Below the pieces are notes generated by a model. The model was not told where the DNA came from. It saw nothing but the letters and a program-made list of their open reading frames with translations, and did no database searches. The position numbers and the translations under genes were made by a program. 64,000 bases of DNA from an uncultured bacterium (GTDB lineage Bacteria; Bacillota_I; Bacilli_A; RFN20; CAG-826): assembly GCA_949284685.1 (NCBI GenBank), contig CASDWE010000003.1:52870-116869 (forward strand), read 5' to 3'. Position 1 is the first letter of the stretch. Each line of letters opens with the position of its first letter. Shown here piece after piece: positions 1 through 10,839 of the stretch.

Positions 1-381
1 TCTAAAGCAGATATCGATCGTATGGTAAGAGAAGCCGAAGAAAATCGTGAAGCCGATGAAAAGCGTAAAGAAGAAGTTGAATTGAAAAACAAAGCTGAAA
101 GTTATATCAACGATATTGACGCTGCATTACGTGAAAAAGGTGATAGCATTGATCCAGCTCAAAAAGAACAAACCGAAAAATTGCGTGATGAATTAAAAAC
201 CGCTCTTGATAACAATGATATTGAGACTTTAAAAAATCGTATTAATGAATTAGAACAAGCCGCGGCTTATATGGCGAATGCTCAAGCTAACGCTAACAAC
301 AACACCAACAACGGACAAAGCGGTACTCCTGGCAGTAACCCTGATGATGTTGTTGATGGCAATAGCGATGGTCAAGCCTAA
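1..381 (+). CDS. dnaK: DnaK chaperone, C-terminal part (5' truncated by window)
   Basis: MVREAEENREADEKRKEEVELKNKAE is the Hsp70 lid region; directly upstream of dnaJ. Confidence 0.93.
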   Translation, partial: SKADIDRMVREAEENREADEKRKEEVELKNKAESYINDIDAALREKGDSIDPAQKEQTEKLRDELKTALDNNDIETLKNRINELEQAAAYMANAQANANNNTNNGQSGTPGSNPDDVVDGNSDGQA

Positions 382-394
382 AAATTATAAATAT

Positions 395-416
395 GAAAGG
401 GGCATTCGCCCCTTTC
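395..416 (+). terminator. GC-rich hairpin after dnaK (terminator/attenuator)
   Basis: GAAAGGGGC-ATTC-GCCCCTTTC perfect stem. Confidence 0.65.
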
Positions 417-445
417 TAAATGTATTTTAAAGAAAGGAGAACGTT

Positions 446-1564
446 ATGGCACAAAAAAAAGATTTGTATGAATGTCTTGGGGTTAAAAAAAGTGCTAGTA
501 AAGATGAAATTAAAAGTTCATATCGTAAATTAGCAAAAAAATATCATCCAGACAACAAAGAAACTGGCGATGAAGCAAAATTTAAAGAAGTCCAAGAAGC
601 CTATGACATTTTATATGATGATAAAAAACGTGCTGCCTATGATCAATTTGGCTTTGCCGCATTTGATCAAGCAGGAACAAATCCCGGACAAGGTAATCCT
701 TTCAGTGGTTTTAGCCAGGGTTTTGCCTCAGGAAATCCATTTGGTGATGAAGGGATTGATATAGGGGATATTTTTTCTAGTTTTTTTGGCGGCGGAAGAA
801 GTTCTAGACGTTCTTCTAGCGGTCCGACAAGAGGAAGCGATGTTGTCATGCGCTTAACTATTGATTTTATGGACACAATAAACGGAAAAGATGTATCGAT
901 TCCTTATACATATGATATGCCATGTCCAGATTGTAATGGTACAGGTGCTAAAACGCCAAACGATGTTAAAACTTGTCCTCAATGTAATGGTAGAGGATAT
1001 ATTAGAACACAAAAAAGATCATTATTTGGTGTTGTTGAGACGCAAGATGTTTGTCCAACATGTGGTGGAAGTGGAAAAATAATTTCTAACCCATGTTCTA
1101 AATGTAATGGTAAAGGATATGTTAGAAGTAAGATTGATTTAAAAATACACATTCCTGCTGGTATTAATAATGGTCAACAAATTCGTGTCAATGGAAAAGG
1201 AGAACGTGGCAGAAATGGTGGACCAAATGGGGATTTATACGTTCAAATGGATGTAAAAAAACATCCAATATTTACAAGGAATGGAAATGACATTTATATT
1301 GATTTACCAATTTCAATGGTTGATGCTGCTCTTGGAGAAGACATCGAAGTTGATACAGTTTATGGTAAAAAGATTTTGACTATCCCATCTGGAACCCAAC
1401 CAAACACAACATTAAGAATGCGAGGCTATGGTGTTAAAGATTTAAAAACACAAAAACCTGGTGATCAATATGTTAATGTTAAGATTATTATACCAACTTC
1501 GCTTAAAAGAAATGAAAAAGACTTGTTAATGCAATTTAAATCTATGCGACAAGGAAAAAAATAA
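446..1564 (+). CDS. dnaJ: Chaperone DnaJ
   Basis: J domain with HPD, G/F-rich region, four CxxCxGxG zinc repeats. Confidence 0.98.
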   Translation: MAQKKDLYECLGVKKSASKDEIKSSYRKLAKKYHPDNKETGDEAKFKEVQEAYDILYDDKKRAAYDQFGFAAFDQAGTNPGQGNPFSGFSQGFASGNPFGDEGIDIGDIFSSFFGGGRSSRRSSSGPTRGSDVVMRLTIDFMDTINGKDVSIPYTYDMPCPDCNGTGAKTPNDVKTCPQCNGRGYIRTQKRSLFGVVETQDVCPTCGGSGKIISNPCSKCNGKGYVRSKIDLKIHIPAGINNGQQIRVNGKGERGRNGGPNGDLYVQMDVKKHPIFTRNGNDIYIDLPISMVDAALGEDIEVDTVYGKKILTIPSGTQPNTTLRMRGYGVKDLKTQKPGDQYVNVKIIIPTSLKRNEKDLLMQFKSMRQGKK

Positions 1565-1586
1565 TTTAAATATTGTATAAAAAAAA

Positions 1587-1622
1587 TTAGCACTTCTTAA
1601 AAAGATTACCTATAGGTAATTA
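1587..1622 (+). promoter_or_regulatory. Shared bipartite motif TTAG-N19-CTATAGGTAATTA (putative alternative-sigma promoter/operator), copy 1
   Basis: Same motif and 19-nt spacing recur at 31108-31143 and 58059-58094 (minus strand), each directly before an RBS; contains perfect palindrome ATTACCTATAGGTAAT (1605-1620). Confidence 0.6.
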
Positions 1623-1636
1623 AGGAGTGCTTTTTT

Positions 1637-2827
1637 ATGTATTTTATAAAACAATTAAATGAATCAGATTGCGGATTTGCCACTTTAAAAAATTTATTAG
1701 CAAATATTTATAAAGATAAAAAATATTTATATTTAAAACAAGATTTGAATAAAGAAAAATATTCTTATTATGAATTAATTACAAAAGCCAAAGACTTTGG
1801 ATTATTTTTAAACGGAATTGCATTTAATGAAGCAAAAGATTTAAAACAATTTAAAGATAAAATGTTTTTAGCATGTTTATCATTAAATAATCAAAAGCAT
1901 TTAGTATTAGTAAAAAAACATAAATTATTTTTAACGATATTAGATCCAAACTATGGTAAATATAAAATGAGTTATAAAAAGTTTTATTCAATTTGGGATA
2001 AAACGATTTTATGTATTTTAAATTATAGTGAAAAGATAGTCAAAAAAGATTATTTTTTGGTCAGAAAAAATAATGTGAAATTTAGGACAGTATTTGCAGT
2101 TTTATCGCGTATATTATCTATTATTAGTAGTTTTTTAGCACTTTATTTTATAGATAATTATAATTTTATATATGTTTCGATTATACTTTTTATTTCAGCT
2201 TTTATATTTGAGGCAATATATCGTATTATGATGATATTTTTATTAAAAAAAGTTGATGAAAATTTTAAAAATTTTTATCGAATTAAAAGCGAATATAAAA
2301 AAGATTTTTTTAGCAAATTTCAAAAATATAAAAAAGATAGTGTTTCTATTTGGCCTAATTTTTTCTCTAGCTTTTTATTGTCAAGTTTTATAGTTTTATT
2401 ATTACTTTTAAATAATGTCTTCAGCATATATTTTATATTTTTTACAATGCTAGTTAGTTTTATAAACGTTGCATTTATAAAAAATATTTTTTTAAAGGAA
2501 GCAAAACACATTGCTTTAAAAGAAAAAAATATGTTAGACGTAGATTATTCTTTTTTAGATCTTAAAAGATTATCTAATCTCTCTTATAAAATTGCCGCAA
2601 AATATTTGTTTATACAATCTATTATCACCGGATTAATTGTATTGTTAGTGACAATTAGTCTTTTAATAAATAATGCATTTAGTATTCCGTTTATAGTATT
2701 TTACAGTGTTTTATTAATATTTTTCAAAAAGCAATTTGAAGTTATAATTCAAATAAAAAGCGAACAAATTAAATCAAACACCAATTACTGTTTGATTTTA
2801 AATATGCTTAATTATATTGATGAATAA
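1637..2827 (+). CDS. C39 cysteine peptidase domain + multi-pass membrane domain, no ABC ATPase domain
   Basis: N-terminal QLNESDCG (Q6, C12), H88 (KHLVLV), D103 (ILDP) match the C39 pattern; several hydrophobic helices follow; no Walker A/B. Confidence 0.75.
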   Translation: MYFIKQLNESDCGFATLKNLLANIYKDKKYLYLKQDLNKEKYSYYELITKAKDFGLFLNGIAFNEAKDLKQFKDKMFLACLSLNNQKHLVLVKKHKLFLTILDPNYGKYKMSYKKFYSIWDKTILCILNYSEKIVKKDYFLVRKNNVKFRTVFAVLSRILSIISSFLALYFIDNYNFIYVSIILFISAFIFEAIYRIMMIFLLKKVDENFKNFYRIKSEYKKDFFSKFQKYKKDSVSIWPNFFSSFLLSSFIVLLLLLNNVFSIYFIFFTMLVSFINVAFIKNIFLKEAKHIALKEKNMLDVDYSFLDLKRLSNLSYKIAAKYLFIQSIITGLIVLLVTISLLINNAFSIPFIVFYSVLLIFFKKQFEVIIQIKSEQIKSNTNYCLILNMLNYIDE

Positions 2828-2910
2828 ATTTTATACAACGTAAGAAAAAAATTCCGTTAACATCTTTTTTTCTTAGCAATGAAAAGTTAAGATAAAGCGG
2901 AGGTTAAATT

Positions 2911-4998
2911 ATGAAGAATATAAAACATTTCAAATTTGCTTTTTTTATTCTTTCTTTATTTGGACTTATCATGTCTTCATGTGGTCCTACATCTTCTTCA
3001 TCTAGTAGTTTGATTAATCAAGGTGATTCATCTACACTTAATTCTTCTATAACTACCACATCTTCTCAAAAATACGACATTATTTCTATTAGCGAAGCTT
3101 TAGAAATTGGTCAAAACGCTCCAAGTGATGGAACAAGTGAAAAATATTATGTTTCTGGGACAATTCAAAATATTGACAATACCACTTATGGAAATATGAC
3201 AATCGCCGATGATACTGGCGAACTTTATATTTATGGTTTGTATAATTTTGATGGTTCAATTCGATATGACAGTTTCATCGACAAACCCGTCGAAGGCGAT
3301 GAAGTAATTCTTTATGGTGTAATCGCTAATTATAAAGGCACTATCGAGATGAAAAATGCTTGGTTAATCGAACATAAAGTTCAACAGCATCCTCCTGTTA
3401 CATATGAAAATTATACAATCGAAGAAGCTCGAAAACTCGACAATGGAATTGGTGTCATTTTAAAAGGATATGTCGCATCTATTCGTTTAGGGGGAGGATA
3501 TTCTCCTGCTGGATTTATATTAGTAGATGAAAAGTCGTCGATATATATTTTTACTAGTGATGCTAGTAAAGTAAGTGTTGGAAATAAAGTTACTATCCAA
3601 GGTATCAAGGATTATTGGATTTTGGAAGATGAAGTTTCTTCTGCACAAAAATTTGGCTATAAAGGAGCAAATCAAATCGGCAATGCTTCCGTTATTGAAA
3701 ACGATAATCAAGTCCATAGTTTACCAATGTCTTGGGTTGAAGAAACAACTGTTAAAAATCTACTTAATATTCCAGTAGAAAATGATATAACTAGTTTGGT
3801 TTACAAAGTAAATGCACAAATTATTCGTCAACAGGGGACTGGATTTATTAATTATTATATAAATGATTTTGATGGAACTGGTTCGTATATTTACACTAAT
3901 AATAATGGAAATGAACTTGATGATGAATTGTTAGAATATGATGGGAAACTATGTACACTATATATTACGGCATTGAATGCAAAATGTGATACTAGTGGAA
4001 CGCTTTATCGTTTCATGCTTGTCGACATAATAAGTGATTCCTATACGATGCCTGAAGAACAATTTCCTGAATTTGCCTTAGATTATTATGTGATTAATCA
4101 ATTTAACGAAAAATATCAAAGCGATCCTGCAATTAGTCTGATACAAACTGTTAATAATGACATTTTAAACTTTTCAGGAGTAAACATTTCTTATTCTTCA
4201 TCTAATAATAATATTTTTACGATAACAGAAGAAAATAACGAATTGAAATTCCACTGGACTGGAATTGAAGGTGAGTCAGTTATTACTATGAACGCTACTT
4301 ACAATAACTATCAAGCAACACGCACTTTAACTATCAAAGGTGAAGATATCGGTGATATAGAAACATCGACCATTGAAGAAGTTATTGAAGGTAATTATGG
4401 TGAAACATATACTGTTCGTGGTATAGCAGCAGGGAGTTATCCTCACGCCTTAAATAAAGGTTTTATGCTTGTTGATGAGACAGGTGTTTTAGCTATTATT
4501 ACAACAGATGAAATCATGAAAGATATCGCACAAGGTAATGAAGTTATTTTTAAAGGAGAAAAATATAATTATGGCGAAGCAGGAAATACAAAAGGAACAA
4601 TTTGTTTAAGAAATGCTGTACTAATCCAAAATTTATATGGAGAACATGAATATAGTAAAAACGCTATTAAAAAGGCTAGTGTGAGCGAACTATATAATTT
4701 AGATGTCACAATTGATCATTCATTTGAATTATATGAAGTTAATGCTATTGTCGAATTTGAACGTGCACAGCACTATACAAATGTAAAAATCAAAAGTGAA
4801 GATGGTTCTTCATCTGTTCGTTTATACACAAATAATGGCGATTCAAATTATGGTTGGGTTGAAAAGTTAGCTAACAAAGTAATCAAACTTCATTTAATTC
4901 CAATCAATTGGAATAGCAAAAATTATTATACTTACGTTCTTATTATGGCAAGTGATGGTGTAACAACTCTTTATAATGAAACTACCTTTGGTCGTTAA
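2911..4998 (+). CDS. Surface lipoprotein with repeated OB-fold-like modules
   Basis: Signal peptide ending LIMSSC, Ser/Thr linker, repeated modules of type TIEEA..V.V.G.V...GF.LVDE.G.I.I. Confidence 0.6.
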   Translation: MKNIKHFKFAFFILSLFGLIMSSCGPTSSSSSSLINQGDSSTLNSSITTTSSQKYDIISISEALEIGQNAPSDGTSEKYYVSGTIQNIDNTTYGNMTIADDTGELYIYGLYNFDGSIRYDSFIDKPVEGDEVILYGVIANYKGTIEMKNAWLIEHKVQQHPPVTYENYTIEEARKLDNGIGVILKGYVASIRLGGGYSPAGFILVDEKSSIYIFTSDASKVSVGNKVTIQGIKDYWILEDEVSSAQKFGYKGANQIGNASVIENDNQVHSLPMSWVEETTVKNLLNIPVENDITSLVYKVNAQIIRQQGTGFINYYINDFDGTGSYIYTNNNGNELDDELLEYDGKLCTLYITALNAKCDTSGTLYRFMLVDIISDSYTMPEEQFPEFALDYYVINQFNEKYQSDPAISLIQTVNNDILNFSGVNISYSSSNNNIFTITEENNELKFHWTGIEGESVITMNATYNNYQATRTLTIKGEDIGDIETSTIEEVIEGNYGETYTVRGIAAGSYPHALNKGFMLVDETGVLAIITTDEIMKDIAQGNEVIFKGEKYNYGEAGNTKGTICLRNAVLIQNLYGEHEYSKNAIKKASVSELYNLDVTIDHSFELYEVNAIVEFERAQHYTNVKIKSEDGSSSVRLYTNNGDSNYGWVEKLANKVIKLHLIPINWNSKNYYTYVLIMASDGVTTLYNETTFGR

Positions 4999-5083
4999 TA
5001 TTTAAAAATATTATAAAGTTGTTTTGATTATTTGGTCTAGACTTTGAAATTAATATTTTGTGTGTTAAAATAAATTTCCAAGG

Positions 5084-5575
5084 ATGGAATTAGATTTTAG
5101 TTCATTTAAAAAGCAGTACAATCGGTTCAAAAGAAAATATCTTGAAATAATGGATATTACTTTTAAAAAATTAAAGATTAAAGCCGATATATATCTTAGT
5201 GTCGCTATTGTTGATAATGACTATATTCATGCGATTAATCGTGAATATCGAAAAATCGACAAAGAGACCGATGTAATTTCGTTTGCCTTTTTAGATGATA
5301 AACATGATTTTTCTACACTTTATAAAAGAAAAGAAAAAATCATTCTTGGTGAAATTTACATATCATATGATAAAGCCAAACAACAAGCTATTGAATATGG
5401 TCATTGTTTTACTGACGAAATGATATTTTTATTTATTCATGGCTTGTTACATCTTTTAGGATTTGATCATATGACAAAAAAAGAAGAAGAAATTATGTTT
5501 CCTCTTCAAAAAGAAATCTTAAATTTTTATAAGGAGAAAAACAATGGACAACAAAGAACTAGTCGAAAGAGCTAA
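5084..5575 (+). CDS. ybeY: rRNA maturation endoribonuclease YbeY
   Basis: TDVISF and HGLLHLLGFDH motifs. Confidence 0.96.
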   Translation: MELDFSSFKKQYNRFKRKYLEIMDITFKKLKIKADIYLSVAIVDNDYIHAINREYRKIDKETDVISFAFLDDKHDFSTLYKRKEKIILGEIYISYDKAKQQAIEYGHCFTDEMIFLFIHGLLHLLGFDHMTKKEEEIMFPLQKEILNFYKEKNNGQQRTSRKS

Positions 5576-5945
5576 ATTAGCCCGCAAGTTATCTTACTCA
5601 CCATATTCGAAATTTGCAGTAGGTGCAGCATTATTGTGTAATGATGGCAGCGTTTATTTAGGAGCAAATATTGAAAATTCGTCTTACCCACTTTCAATGT
5701 GTGCTGAAAGAAATGCTATTTACAACGCTATGTTAAATGGAAAAGGGAAAAATGATTTTGTGGCTTTAGCAATTGTTGCGAATACTCCTGATATTTGTGC
5801 ACCATGCGGTGCTTGTCGCCAAGTAATTAGTGAATTAATGCCAAAAGATGCAAAAGTTATTATGGCAAATTTAAATGATGCTATAAAAGCAGTAACAGTG
5901 GATGAATTATTACCTTTTGCCTTTTCTAGTGAGGATTTAAATTAA
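5544..5945 (+). CDS. cdd: Cytidine deaminase
   Basis: YSPYSKF, CAERNA, PCGACRQ. Confidence 0.97.
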   Translation: MDNKELVERAKLARKLSYSPYSKFAVGAALLCNDGSVYLGANIENSSYPLSMCAERNAIYNAMLNGKGKNDFVALAIVANTPDICAPCGACRQVISELMPKDAKVIMANLNDAIKAVTVDELLPFAFSSEDLN

Positions 5946-5947
5946 TA

Positions 5948-6841
5948 ATGAAATCGGGTTTTGTAGCAATCATAGGAAGACCAAATGTAGGCAAGTCTAC
6001 TTTGTTAAATGCAATTTTGCAAACAAAAATTTCTATTGTAACAAATAAAAGTCAAACAACTAGAAACAATATCAAAGGAATTTATACTGAAAAAGATAGC
6101 CAAATTGTTTTTGTCGATACACCAGGCATACATAAATCACATTTTAAACTAGGTGATGAAATGAACAATATGGCACTAAATAGTTTTAAAGATGTTGATG
6201 CTATTTTATATATTGTAGATTCTAGCAAAGATTTTGATGAATTAGATGAACAGTTATTAACATCAAATAAAATAAATAGTCAAATTCCACTTTTTTTAAT
6301 ATTTAATAAAATTGATTTAACTAACATAATTAAAATTAATAACTTAAAAAAGAAGTATTTGTCTTATTTCCCTAACGCAAAAGTAATTGAAACTGTTGCT
6401 ATTAAAAATTTTAATGTTGATGATTTGATTAAAAACATAATAGAAATATTGCCAGAAGGTCCTTTTTATTATCCTGAAGATCAATTATCTGATCGCGATC
6501 TTCGTTTTCAAGCCAAAGAAATTATAAGAGAACAAGCCTTGATTTTATTAGATAAAGAAGTTCCGCATTCTCTAGCAGTCGAAATAGAAAATTTTAAAGA
6601 ATTAGAAACCAAAATCGATATTGATGCATTAATCATTGTTGAAAAAGATAGCCAAAAAGGAATTGTAATTGGAAAAAATGGAACAATGATTAAAAATATA
6701 GGAATGCGCTCTAGAAAAGAACTAGAAAAAATATTACAAACACATGTAATTTTAAATTTATATGTAAAAGTAATTAGGGATTGGCGGAATAAAAACACTA
6801 TCTTAAAGCAATTTGGATACACCAAAAATTCAAATTATTAA
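5948..6841 (+). CDS. era: GTPase Era
   Basis: GRPNVGKSTL, DTPG, NKID, KH domain VIGKNG. Confidence 0.98.
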   Translation: MKSGFVAIIGRPNVGKSTLLNAILQTKISIVTNKSQTTRNNIKGIYTEKDSQIVFVDTPGIHKSHFKLGDEMNNMALNSFKDVDAILYIVDSSKDFDELDEQLLTSNKINSQIPLFLIFNKIDLTNIIKINNLKKKYLSYFPNAKVIETVAIKNFNVDDLIKNIIEILPEGPFYYPEDQLSDRDLRFQAKEIIREQALILLDKEVPHSLAVEIENFKELETKIDIDALIIVEKDSQKGIVIGKNGTMIKNIGMRSRKELEKILQTHVILNLYVKVIRDWRNKNTILKQFGYTKNSNY

Positions 6842-6844
6842 AAT

Positions 6845-7558
6845 ATGAAATTAGTAATTATTAATATTTCTCAATATAAAGATAATGACGCTATTTTGAC
6901 TTGTTTTAATGCGGAAAATAGTTACACACTTATTGCACGAGGATTATTTTCAAATAAAAGCAAAATCTCTTTTTTAAATAACCCTTTAACTTACGCTGAT
7001 ATTGATATTTCAGTGTCAAAAAGAAATAACTATCAATCGGTAAAAAGTGCAAATTTGATTTTTTCTCCAATGCAAATAATGAACGATTTTAATGACATTA
7101 TTTATGTAATGATTCTGGCTGATGTTATAAAAAGATGTTTATCAGATGAAGAAAGATGTCAAATTTTTAGTGAGTTGTTATATACACTCAGCGCTATAAA
7201 AAATAATTCGAATAAAGAAACATATATATTATCTCTTTTAGCTAAAATATTAAAAATTGCTGGATTTGCGATTTCTATTGACGAATGTTGTATATGCCAT
7301 AATAAACAAAACATAGTCTCTTTTTCGTTATCTGATGGTGGTTTTATATGCAAAAACTGTTTTGACAAAGGCATATATACAAAATATAGCAAAGAACAAC
7401 TTATAATTTTTTATAATGTTTTTAAAAACTTTTTATCAGCTAAAAATAATTTTACAATCGGTGATAAAGATTTTTTTATGATTTTAGATGTTATGATTAA
7501 ATTTATCGAGGAATCATTTTCAATTAAAATTAAAAATTATCAACTTCTATTCAAGTAA
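6845..7558 (+). CDS. recO: DNA repair protein RecO
   Basis: Follows era; N-terminal OB region and CCIC..GGFICKNC zinc finger. Confidence 0.85.
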   Translation: MKLVIINISQYKDNDAILTCFNAENSYTLIARGLFSNKSKISFLNNPLTYADIDISVSKRNNYQSVKSANLIFSPMQIMNDFNDIIYVMILADVIKRCLSDEERCQIFSELLYTLSAIKNNSNKETYILSLLAKILKIAGFAISIDECCICHNKQNIVSFSLSDGGFICKNCFDKGIYTKYSKEQLIIFYNVFKNFLSAKNNFTIGDKDFFMILDVMIKFIEESFSIKIKNYQLLFK

Positions 7559-7587
7559 AACATAAAAATAATAACACTTATAATGGG

Positions 7588-7616
7588 TTGACAAAATGTA
7601 TATAATTAAATATAAT
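7588..7616 (+). promoter_or_regulatory. Consensus sigma-A promoter of glyS-dnaG-rpoD
   Basis: TTGACA-17 nt-TATAAT exact. Confidence 0.9.
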
Positions 7617-7655
7617 GTTTGCTTGTCGCGCGCCTAGGCGTGTCGGAGGTAGATT

Positions 7656-9032
7656 ATGGCTAACAAATTTAGTTTTGATAAAATTACGACCCACCTTATC
7701 ACAAGTGGGTTTTTCTTTCCTGGTTCAGAAATTTATGGTGGACTTTCAAATACTTGGGATTATGGTCCACTTGGTGTAGAAATTAAAAATAATATTTCTA
7801 AAATGTGGTGGAAAAAATTTGTCCAAGAATCTTCTACGAATGTTGGAATCGATGCGGCAATATTAATGAATCCACGCGTTTGGGAAGCTACAGGACACGT
7901 CAATAGATTTAACGATCCTTTAATTGATTGTAAAAATTGTAAATCTAGACATCGTGCTGATGAATTAATCGCAAATCAATTTAAAGATGTCGATGTAAAT
8001 AAAATGAGCAATGAAGAAATGGATGATTTTATTTCTTCTCATGATGTCAAGTGTCCTATTTGCGGGAAACACGATTTTACAAAGATACGCCAATTCAATA
8101 TGATGTTTAAAACTCATATCGGAGTAACGCAAGATTCTTCCAGTGTGGTTTATTTAAGACCAGAAACCGCACAAGGAATGTTTGTTGATTTTAAAAGCGT
8201 TTTACGTTCTGCTAGAAGAAAGTTGCCAATAGGCATATGTAATATTGGTAAGTCGTTTAGAAATGAAATTACTCCAGGACAATTCACTTTTAGAACAAGA
8301 GAATTTTCTCAAATGGAAATGGAATTTTTCTGCGAACCAGGAACAGATTTAAAATGGTTTGATTATTGGAAAAAATATTGCTTTAATTTTGTTTTATCCT
8401 TGGGAATAAACGCTGATAATCTTCGTTTCCGCGATCACGAACAAGACGAACTAGCTTTTTATAGCAAGGCTACTTCTGATATAGAATACGAATTTCCTTT
8501 CGGATGGGGTGAAATTTGGGGCATTGCTGATCGAACTGACTATGATTTGAAAAGGCACATGGAATATTCAAAACAATCATTAGAATACTTAGATCCATTG
8601 ACAAACGAAAAATATATTCCATATTGTATTGAACCTAGTGTTGGTTTAGATCGTTTGATTTTAATGACACTTTGTGATGCTTACGATGAAGAAGTTTTAG
8701 AAAATGGTGAAACACGTGTTGTCATGCACTTACATCCAAGTATTGCAACTTATAAGATTGCTGTTTTGCCTTTGGTAAAAAAACTAGAAGAAAAAGCTCA
8801 TGAAATTGAAGCGATCTTAAGAACATATTTTTCTATAGTTTATGATGAAACTGGAAGTATTGGAAAAAGATATCGCCGTCAAGACGCTATTGGAACGCCA
8901 TTTTGCTTAACTGTTGATTTTGATACATTAGAGGACAATTGTGTTACTATACGTGACAGAGATACCATGCAACAAATTCGTTTGCCAATTAAAGATTTAG
9001 TTAATTATTTTTCAGTTAAAGTGTTTTTTTAG
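7656..9032 (+). CDS. glyS: Glycine--tRNA ligase (alpha2, single-subunit type)
   Basis: [29 protein letters not shown], anticodon domain [11 protein letters not shown]. Confidence 0.96.
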   Translation: MANKFSFDKITTHLITSGFFFPGSEIYGGLSNTWDYGPLGVEIKNNISKMWWKKFVQESSTNVGIDAAILMNPRVWEATGHVNRFNDPLIDCKNCKSRHRADELIANQFKDVDVNKMSNEEMDDFISSHDVKCPICGKHDFTKIRQFNMMFKTHIGVTQDSSSVVYLRPETAQGMFVDFKSVLRSARRKLPIGICNIGKSFRNEITPGQFTFRTREFSQMEMEFFCEPGTDLKWFDYWKKYCFNFVLSLGINADNLRFRDHEQDELAFYSKATSDIEYEFPFGWGEIWGIADRTDYDLKRHMEYSKQSLEYLDPLTNEKYIPYCIEPSVGLDRLILMTLCDAYDEEVLENGETRVVMHLHPSIATYKIAVLPLVKKLEEKAHEIEAILRTYFSIVYDETGSIGKRYRRQDAIGTPFCLTVDFDTLEDNCVTIRDRDTMQQIRLPIKDLVNYFSVKVFF

Positions 9033-9041
9033 GAGTAAATA

Positions 9042-10823
9042 ATGCCTTTTGATCAAAGCCTTATTAATGATGTTTTAAAACATTGTGATATTGTTGATAT
9101 TATCTCGCGATACATTGATGTAATACAAAAAGGAAGAGAATATGTTGCTCTTTGTCCGTTTCATGATGACAACAATCCATCAATGCAAATTTCTAAATCC
9201 AAACAGATTTTTAAGTGTTTTGTATGTGGAACAGGTGGTAATGCAATTAAATTTGTAGAACTTTATGAACACATCTCGTTTTTTCAAGCTATGCAAAAAG
9301 TTGCATATTTGTCTGGATATGATGATCCAAGATTAAAAGAAAAAGTAGTTGCAAAAGCTAAAAATCCACAAATTGAAAGTCTAGAAAATTGCATTAATGA
9401 TTTAACAACATATTATCAGTATGGTTTAAACACAAATGAAGGGCAAGACGCTTTAAATTATTTGAATAACAGGGGAATTGATGAGAAATTCCGAAAGAAA
9501 TTTTTAATCGGTTATTCTTTTAAAGATGGTGTTAACACTTGCAAATATTTACTTAGCAAAGGACATTCATATCGTTCTATGGAGTTAATTGGCATAGCAA
9601 GTGGGAATAACAACATATATTCCGATTTAAATCAAGGTAGAATAATTTTTCCAATTTGTGACGAAAATGGGCAAGTTATTGGTTTTTCGTCTCGTCGATA
9701 TTTACAAGATGATGCTTCTCCAAAATATATTAATTCGCCAGAAACAATGCTATTTCATAAAAGCAACGTATTATATAACTTTAATAACGCTAAAAATGAT
9801 GCTAAAAAATATGGCTATGTTTACGTGGTTGAAGGTTTTATGGATGTTTTTGCTTTAGAAAAAATAAACATTACAAGTGTTGTTGCATTAATGGGGACAG
9901 CGTTTACTTCTCAACATTTGAATATGTTAAGATCATTAGGGGTCGAGATTAGATTTTGTCTAGATGGAGATGAAGCTGGACAAATGGGCCAAATGCGTAT
10001 CATTAATCTTTTGAAAAACAATGATGTCAATTGCCGTTTTGTCAAAAAGAAAAATTTTGGTAAAGATTGTGATGAAATATTATCCAATCACGGGGAGGAA
10101 ACATTAAGATTATATTTAAAAGATCTTCTCACCAGGAGTGATTTTATAATCGATTATTACGAAAATACATCACAATTATCAACAATAAAAGATCGCGAAA
10201 ATCTAATTAAGCATTTTCTTCCAATTTTATTAAATTGTAAATCTAGTCTACAATTTGATGACTATATTTTAAAACTTGCAAAAGTTAGCAGATTTAACGC
10301 TGATTCAATTCGAAAGATGGTTAATCAAGCACGCCTAGAAAAAGAATACGATCCTGATAAAATTGTGTCTAATTTTCATCCCGAAAAACGTTTGTTACGC
10401 AAATTCAATCTAGCAGAAAAAGAAATACTTTTTTACATGTTAAAAGATGTTAACGCTATTGAATTTTATGAAACGAGGATCGAATCATTTTATAACGATA
10501 TGTATCGTCGTATCGCGGATTATATTCTTGATTATTATCACCAAAATAATTCGATTAGTGTGAGCAATCTTCTCAGCAGTATCGAAATAAAGCAAGACAA
10601 AAACAATGAAGAATTAATAAAAACAATAACTAATATTTCTTTTGAACCAAATCATCAAGAAACGGTTGATAATGATTATTTAGAAACGATTCTTAATACA
10701 ATTAATGAAGAAAAAAACAAATTATATAGAAAAAAGACATTAGAGAAAATGTTAAAAGATAAATCTCCAGAAGATAAAGCAAGAATTCTTACCGACTGGA
10801 ATAAAAAAATACAAAAAGATTAA
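9042..10823 (+). CDS. dnaG: DNA primase
   Basis: CPFHDD..CFVC zinc domain, [27 protein letters not shown]. Confidence 0.98.
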   Translation: MPFDQSLINDVLKHCDIVDIISRYIDVIQKGREYVALCPFHDDNNPSMQISKSKQIFKCFVCGTGGNAIKFVELYEHISFFQAMQKVAYLSGYDDPRLKEKVVAKAKNPQIESLENCINDLTTYYQYGLNTNEGQDALNYLNNRGIDEKFRKKFLIGYSFKDGVNTCKYLLSKGHSYRSMELIGIASGNNNIYSDLNQGRIIFPICDENGQVIGFSSRRYLQDDASPKYINSPETMLFHKSNVLYNFNNAKNDAKKYGYVYVVEGFMDVFALEKINITSVVALMGTAFTSQHLNMLRSLGVEIRFCLDGDEAGQMGQMRIINLLKNNDVNCRFVKKKNFGKDCDEILSNHGEETLRLYLKDLLTRSDFIIDYYENTSQLSTIKDRENLIKHFLPILLNCKSSLQFDDYILKLAKVSRFNADSIRKMVNQARLEKEYDPDKIVSNFHPEKRLLRKFNLAEKEILFYMLKDVNAIEFYETRIESFYNDMYRRIADYILDYYHQNNSISVSNLLSSIEIKQDKNNEELIKTITNISFEPNHQETVDNDYLETILNTINEEKNKLYRKKTLEKMLKDKSPEDKARILTDWNKKIQKD

Positions 10824-10839
10824 AATAGGAGGAAATAAA

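Noticed and set aside
1587-1633. CIRCE (HrcA) element after dnaJ: TTAGCACTT...GAGTGCTTT
   Set aside because: Arms are 29 nt apart rather than 9 and lie downstream of dnaJ; better explained as the shared motif plus RBS hairpin
2841-2875. Inverted repeat TAAGAAAAAAA..TTTTTTTCTTA after the C39 gene
   Set aside because: Low-complexity A/T stem; may be a weak terminator but cannot be supported
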